From Octopus vulgaris (lineage: Eukaryota), in NCBI GenBank assembly GCA_951406725.2, contig OX597826.1, forward strand, positions 52,328,001 through 52,392,000: a stretch of DNA of 64,000 nt. Reading direction: 5' to 3'. The position numbers were made by a program, and so were the translations under genes. Of the stretch, positions 56,860 through 64,000 are shown piece after piece. The stretch's first letter is position 1, and each line of letters begins with the position of its first letter. Under the pieces are notes generated by a model. That model was not told the origin of the DNA and searched no databases. It was given only the letters and a program-made list of their open reading frames with translations.

Positions 56860-58592
56860 ATGCCCGGAGATAAATCCATCAAGAAAATAATAAATCAGAC
56901 GAATACAGACCTGTTAGCCTTAAGAAGCTACGTTAAAAGCAATGTTTCTATTCAGAGAACTTGGAGGCGGTTTTGTCTCAAAAACTTGGTTCTAAACAGA
57001 GAGATCCGTCCCCTAATGTCAACATCCAACCTCGTCATGCCTCAGTGATAACAAAGCAAAATACAAACCGAATTCACCGTCACCCGTATCAACAAGGGTC
57101 GCGTATCCAGTGAGGAACCAGGCTGGGTACGAAAACTCAGCTACTGGTTCAAATCTTCCCGATACACAGGAGCTGGAAGTATCCCACAACCAGAATATTC
57201 CAACAGATCGCCATCCACGCTCGTCATCAACAGCAAAAAAACAAAAGCGAAAAATGGTCTAGGGTAGATAATAAAGAAGTTCTTAAGGCCTTTTATCATG
57301 CCATGTATTTCCCTACAAATAAATCTAATACTGAACTGGAGACATAAGCACTTTGAAGTAAGATCCTATATAGACAGTAACAAACTTGCCAACTCCAGAA
57401 GAAACATTATGACCAAATCAAACAATCAATAAGGAAAAAAAGGAACGAAATTGCAGCTAAAGAAGATACTACCGAGGAAATAATTATAGACCTGCTCATT
57501 TCTGATGAAAATGCAGTAATGATAGAAAGATTTAATGTAACTGATAAGCAAAGTGAAATACTCTCTGAACCAACCATAAACACCAAGGCAGATGAAAATC
57601 AAATAGATGAAGAAAGTTACACAGAAATTGACTCAACTGAACTACATGATCTAAACAATCAAGTTATGATTGAATGGCTGAAAATTAAAGGAACCAGTAT
57701 GAATGAACGCGACACTCTCAAAAATTCGCAATTCTAACCAAAACCTGAAAGTAATTGGTAAAATCCGCCTTGCACTTAAGGATATAATTTCAGCTAATGA
57801 TATTGATATTACATATCTCAGCCACCTGTACTATGCATCCATGATAATCCCAACGATTCTATGTGGTGAAAAGATTAGAAAGCGACACCATTCTCACAAA
57901 AAGCCTACTTGGCAAGAGCATATTCAACACCAAATTCAGCTACTTAGCTCTGCCGTACAATGTTTAAAAAATTTGCAGTTTGACAAGTCTATCAAACCAA
58001 CAAAAATCCGAAAATAAAATAAAAAAAATTATATGAAAACCATACTTGATATCGATACCACTATAGAAACTATCAAGCAAAAGCCATGTGCTAAAGCTTC
58101 CCGCATAGCACAGTGTGAAAAGTGCGTTAGATTCTTCAAGGACATCAAAATATTCAAAACTAACCCAAAAATGTTTTACAGGGATATAGGGAAAATACCA
58201 GTTACAGTAAAATCTGTCTCATCAAAAGGAGTACAGGAATTTTGAAATAAAATTTGGGCAGAACAAAAAACACACAATAAAAAGGCCCCTTGAATAGATA
58301 GAATACCTGCTGACTAAGACTCCTTAGAAGAGCAAGAGTGGGAGGGTATCAAGGTAGGGGATGTAAGATCTGCTCTCAAGGAGTCAAGTAAATGGAGGTT
58401 TCCAGGAAAGGATAAAATTCCTAACTTCCTGTTGAATGCCTTCCCAGAGAGTCATGAAGAGCTAACAAAACTTTACAGCAATGTTATTACACTATCAGAC
58501 GAGTAGTCATGATGTGTATAGTGGGCTTCGTATATTTTACCCCAGTGTCCTTTTTATGGCTTGCACTGCTCTCTCACTCAATAATGATAATA
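56860..58592 (+). mobile_element. Internally deleted R4/Dong-type element (N-terminal ORF region + short 3' tail)
   Basis: Fragments KWSRVDNKEV, NKLANSRRNI, KPTWQ, ETIKQK..AKASRI..IFKTNPKMFY, KWRFPGKDKIPNF; RT core absent; ends ctctctcactcaataatgataataa. Confidence 0.75.
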
Positions 58593-61329
58593 AAAATAGC
58601 TATTTATGTTACAGGAAAGGCTAAGTCGATTACGCTAGTGTTCAGCTGGTTCTAAAAATACAGTTTATAATACGCTCATTTCTAACTAAAAGACTAGATT
58701 CTAGATCACAGAGACAACGTTCGTAGATATACCTAATTGTTTAAATGAATTACTGACGCATTCATGTTATAGTATACTACAGAATAAATCTATAGATTTG
58801 CGTCACCACTGCGAGTCTATATAAATTAAAGATCAACCAAATATACTATACAGGTGCAACTACTGTCTTTTTTTGACACTCTCGCTGTAAACACAAAGGA
58901 AATTTCAACAAGGCTAGTTTCAGTCTCCAGTTCTTTTTAAGCTTCCATATCTGAGCGAACTTTGAAACCAGTTCACTGGTCTCTCATTTCGTGTACAAGC
59001 TGAGATCGTATACATAAAAGACCGTCGTTTATGACAATGCAATATAATATGTTTAATTTCAGTTGATTTACAGTGCTGTTCCGTTTCAAATCCATGAGTT
59101 TATTTTGCAATTTATCGTAGTATTAGACTACTTGTTTGTATTGAATCTGAAAGTAAAAGAAAACAAATCCTATTCACTTGCATTTCTCATGTAATTGTCA
59201 ACATCGCACTTTACATCATGAATATATCTTTATATATATAAACACAATAGATTTTAGCCCAGATTCGCATACAATGCCAAATCCTCATGACAAAAGACAT
59301 CGTTACTAAGCACCGAGAGCTGGGATTTTCTTCTTAACGCTCCTCACTAGCAAAGAAATAATTACTATTGAATGTAAATGCTACATTGCACTTTATAATA
59401 CTGCTATACGCTCATGCAATTTCTTCTCTTTTATGTCTTTCTCACCCCGAAGTAAATAAATAAAGAATAATGCATAAATTCCTGTAGTATTTGTCTTGGT
59501 TCTGTTCCAATTGAAAATTATACCGCACTGCGGGTTTGAACTTTGCAGATGGTTTCACGTGACTCAATGTATAAGTCTCTCGTGTCTAAATAAAAACGTT
59601 TTTAATTTGTCTCTAATATCCTCGATATTACTCGATAGAGTAAGTAAGAGCTTACTAGGATCTTGTCTTAGTCATGATATTACATATCTGAATTAAGTGA
59701 AATCATTTATTAAGATTCAAATCTAATTCATGCTAGTGTTTATCCAACAACCTACCTTTATTGATAACTTAATTTTTTTCTTTTTCTTTTTGTTACAAAA
59801 ATAGTGATTTATTTTGTTGTGCCTCGGGAGGATCATTGGTATAAAAGATTTGTATCTTTTTCTTTCACTTGTGATTGCTATTCAGCATTTCAAGTTATCT
59901 CTTATTCTTAAGAATACACAACCAGAGAATTTTTTTCAAGACACAATGGTACAAACATACAAAAGATCGTGCAATCTTTTAGCTGTTCTTCAGACTGTTA
60001 ACTACGTAATAATGGAAGTGAATTTTTTTCCTCATGGAATCGAAGCTAGATTACAGACTCTGTTCAGAGAGCGTGTATTTTCGTCCATCTTGTATCTTAT
60101 CATAAAAGAAACAATTACTACTGAATATAATAAGGTCAATGAATTTTATGTTTTTATACTACAAACGAACTTTTAAATTAACCATTTGCACAACCGCTAC
60201 TGCCATTTATATTAATGTAGATTAATGAATTGATAAGGAAGTAACAGATAGTTTATTTCATTTGTCTGTTGACCGTATGCAATAAAGGTAAGAAACATTG
60301 TAACCGCATTAGAAAAGCGTTGTTGTAAGTTGCTACTAATGCTTTGCAGCATTTCTCCCGATTCTATACGTCGAGTTCAATTCTTGCATGATGAAATTTG
60401 ACATTCATCTCTTCAGGCTTGATAAAATAAAAGTGCTAAGCATTTACTTAAGTCGATGGTATCAACTAGGTCCTCAAAATTGTTGACCTTGAGTTTAAAT
60501 TACAGTTGTTATTGTTGCTATTGTTGTTGTTATTTTAGCCCTTGGCATTCCTGATGGGGTAGACGTAATCAAATGCGATCTAACGGTGGTACTTTCTTAT
60601 TTTATCTATCTTGTAACGAGTACTATAATGCTTATTATGTCTCTACACCTTTCATTAAGACAATAGTGTTGACTGGAGGTCATTTGGCTTCTGTTTCTTG
60701 CAGATTCAGCCATCATGAAGAGGCTTACTTGTTGTTTCAATTGCTCGCTGTAAGTTTAAAAACAAGGTGGAACCATAAATCGTTAAATTTAACTTGTCCA
60801 TAGATATTCATATAGGCAGAAACAGATTTTGAAAACATAAGCTAATGTGTCTGGTAAATTGAGGTAATCTGTATATTTCCAGTCTACCGATAACGATTCT
60901 TAATTACATTTTGCCACGATTTATTTCTCTTTAAGGTCTCATTTAAATGAATTCAAACCCAATAGATCTATCATTCTTATTCTCTTATTCTACGATGTTG
61001 CATTTCAAATTTAACAGAAAACCGTTAAAAATTTATTAGTTTAACATTAATGTTTAATGATGAAATCCATACTAGAACGTTTATATGTATGTGTGTGTGG
61101 TGGCCGCGTGTATGTGATTCAAATTCTAGCTGAAAGAAGACTAAAAGAAAATAACTCAAAGATACCAGTAGTATGAATTTTGAGAAGCAAAATCGGGAGT
61201 GAACTGAATGCCGTATGCATTATATGCTAAATTCATTAAATTTTTCTTCTTAGAGGAAGGCAATTATTAGAGTTTTGGCTGAGGAAAGGAGATAACTTTC
61301 AAAACATTAAGAATAAATTCAGGATTACA

Positions 61330-62010
61330 TTAGGTGAAAGGCAAAGTTGACCTCAGCAGAATTGAACTCAGAACATAAATCCAGAAGAAATGCCACTGAG
61401 TATTTTTTCCAGTATGTTAACGATTCTTTTCTACTCTAAGCACAAGGCCCGAAATGTTTGGGGAGGGGCCATTCGATTAGATCGACCCAAGTACGCAACT
61501 GGTACTTAATGTATCGACCCCGAAAGGATGAAAAGCAAAGTTGACCTCGGGGGAATTTAAACTCAGAACATAAAAACAGAAGAAATACCTATTTCTTTAC
61601 TACCCTCAAGGGGCTAAACACAGAGAGGACAAACAAGGACAGACAAATGGATTAAGTCGATTATATCGACCCCAGTGCGTAACTGGTACTTAGTTAATCG
61701 ACCCCGAAAGGATGAAAGGTAAAGTCGACCTCGGCGGAATTTGAACTCAGAACGTAGTGGCAGACGAAATACCGCTAAGCATTTCGCCCGGTGTACTAAC
61801 GTTTCTGCCAGCTCTCCGCCTTTAGCATGTTAACGATTCTGGCAGATCTCTACATAGTGACTATAGAAACAACAACAATCCTTTCTATTACAGGTACATG
61901 GCCTCAGATTATGGGGAAGGGTGCTAGTCCATTACACCGATCCCAGTGCTTGATTGGTACTTATTTTTTCGACCCCTGACGGATGAAAGGCAAAGTTGAC
62001 ATCGGCGAGT
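61330..62010 (-). mobile_element. Cluster of about four family A SINE copies
   Basis: Repeated (ggat)gaaaggcaaagt(c/t)gacctcggcggaatttgaactcagaac motifs near 61335, 61520, 61700 and 61980. Confidence 0.8.
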
Positions 62011-62871
62011 AGTACCTCTGCATATATAGACATGTATACAGACACACATGCATGCACAGGTTACATATACGCACGCATATATTGAATCTCCCCTTAATAT
62101 CTTCAAGTATATTTTATGCTGATTCGAACATGCATCTCTTGATTATTTTAGTCGATTGTTGAATCAATTTACTTGAATTCCCAACCAAAGAACAACTGAT
62201 ACGTTCTATATGGATTGACATATTGAATCGCCTTCAGCAGTGACATATCTAGCAGTTCTTGTAGCCTGTAGTCTGTCAATGACTAAAAGTCTGACTCGAC
62301 ACCAGCTCAGTGATGAAGCTTTGTAGTTGCTAGACACTTATGAAGTCAAGGCGACCTTGCAACCAGCAGTGTGACAGCGGCATAGCGCGTCAGCCAGACA
62401 CTACAACCCAGTAACCCCAGTACCGCCTGCCAGCCATTTTAACATGTTTTCTGAACAGTCTCTCTTCCACAAAGTCGCATTCATTTAATATATAGTGCCT
62501 ACATTTTGAAGCAGGGATTCGAAACCGAATCCCTATATCACTGGTCAGACATCATGACCGCTCAACGTGATCGGTCTATTCTCTCATTGACTGAATCTGT
62601 TTTCTACATTTCATACATAATTAGACGCGCATATTATACATTCAAGCATACATAGATACAGACATACAAGCGTATATACATATATATATATATACATACA
62701 TAGACACAACAAACATACGCGCGCGCATATATGTTTAGTCTGATGAAGGTGAGCGAGTCAAAACTTGAAAGTTTTTATCAACATTTTACTTATAATTTAG
62801 TGAATATATACTCTACTAAAAAAGGTATTGAGTAAACCTTCGGTTTAATGTTTAATTTTTACTCATAAACA

Positions 62872-64000
62872 CAGGGTGCGCAAGATATTTGAGGACAGAT
62901 TTATGTTGATAAAAAAAAACAGATATATAATAACAGATAATAACCTTATCAAAAATGCCATGAGGATAAAAATAAGCCTTCATTTCTATAATGTTGTTCA
63001 ATAAAGTCACCTTCAGCTTCAACAACTGCTTCTATATGAGATCTAAATTATCTAGATGCTCAAATCAAGTGGTCCTGGTTTATTCTGGACATTACTCTGA
63101 CTATGACAGGTTTCTTTTCTACACTAGACACAAGGCCCGAAATTTTGCGGGGAGGAGGGGACAGTCGATTAGATCAATCCCAGCACACAACTGGTACTTA
63201 TTTTATCGACCCCGAAAGGAAGAAAGTAAAGTCGAACTCGGCGGAATTTGAACTCAGAACGTAATGACTATGACAGCTTTCAAAGCATCTTTGGTGTTAT
63301 GGGCGTGGTCATTGACCTCTCTCTCTCTCTCTCTCTCTCTCAACAATCCTCCACATGTAATAGTCAAATGAATTGAGATCTGGGGAATTAGGAGATCAAA
63401 TGTTAGGGGTTATGTGATCACGAACATTTTCAGCCATCTATTGGTGTGTTACTAGAGCCATATGTGATAATGCAGTGTTATACTGAAACACATATGGCAT
63501 TCCATTGCATACACTGTCTATTCAGGGCTTAACAATTGTTTTCCGGGATCTCAGTATAGACGGCAGAGTTAACTCTAAGGCCTTGTGGAAAGAAGTTAAG
63601 AGGCGTCACATGTCCTTCATTGTTGACAACCCCTAAAACGATGATAGTTGCAGGAACTTTTTTATGTATAACACTTGGAAGTTGAGAAGGGTCTGCACAT
63701 AACCATCTGTCATTTCTTCCGTCAACTTTTTGATCATGGATGAAGTTATCATATAAGACTTATATCTGATGTCTTCATGAACAACATTTCTGACTGTTCC
63801 TTCTGACACATTGAGATCTTTTGCAATTGACCTCATGGTCTTTCTGGCATTGTAATCAATGGTCTGTTGAACTTGCTCAATAAATGCAAGTGTTCTGATG
63901 GTTTCAGAGGGTTTAGAATGATTTTTACGCTTTGATACTGGTGATACGTTTCCATCTTCAGTCTCTAACTCCTTACAAAATTTGCTGACGAAAGGTCTGG
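62872..64000 (-). mobile_element. Tc1/mariner superfamily element, maT (DD37D)-like, runs off the window
   Basis: Terminus cagggtg; PNSPDLNSFDYYMW at 63351-63392(-); ORF 63633..63836 MRSIAKDLNVSEGTVRNVVHEDIRYKSY (HTH). Confidence 0.8.
63110..63264 (-). mobile_element. Family A SINE inserted in the maT-like element
   Basis: 12-bp TSD tgactatgacag at 63098-63109 and 63265-63276. Confidence 0.88.

Noticed and set aside
62735-62780. CTGATGA-aggt...actt-GAAAG hammerhead candidate
   Set aside because: Weak stem II, no stem I pairing, stem III broken.

Overview
AT-rich, microsatellite-dense eukaryotic DNA. The SINE repertoire and repeat style suggest an octopus (coleoid cephalopod) genome; this is an inference, no database was consulted. 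Nearly all ORFs in the track are microsatellite or repeat artefacts. One credible host gene is present: a single-coding-exon, 300-aa single-pass membrane protein on the minus strand (34533-35435) with KCNE-like topology. The rest is dead or non-autonomous mobile DNA: several tRNA-derived SINE families (some with target-site duplications), an RTE LINE, two R4/Dong-type LINE remnants, two mariner copies, a maT-like (DD37D) copy and MITEs. The most striking unexplained structure is a set of sequence-unrelated short fold-back (head-to-head) elements, mostly next to (TA)n tracts. Several carry minimal type I hammerhead-ribozyme folds of the Penelope-like/retrozyme kind, including U3-A8 and A6U core variants, reading outward from the apex. 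One joins a tRNA-like Pol III head to a hammerhead tail and has a 12-bp TSD. All folds and coordinates were read by eye; ribozyme activity is untested.
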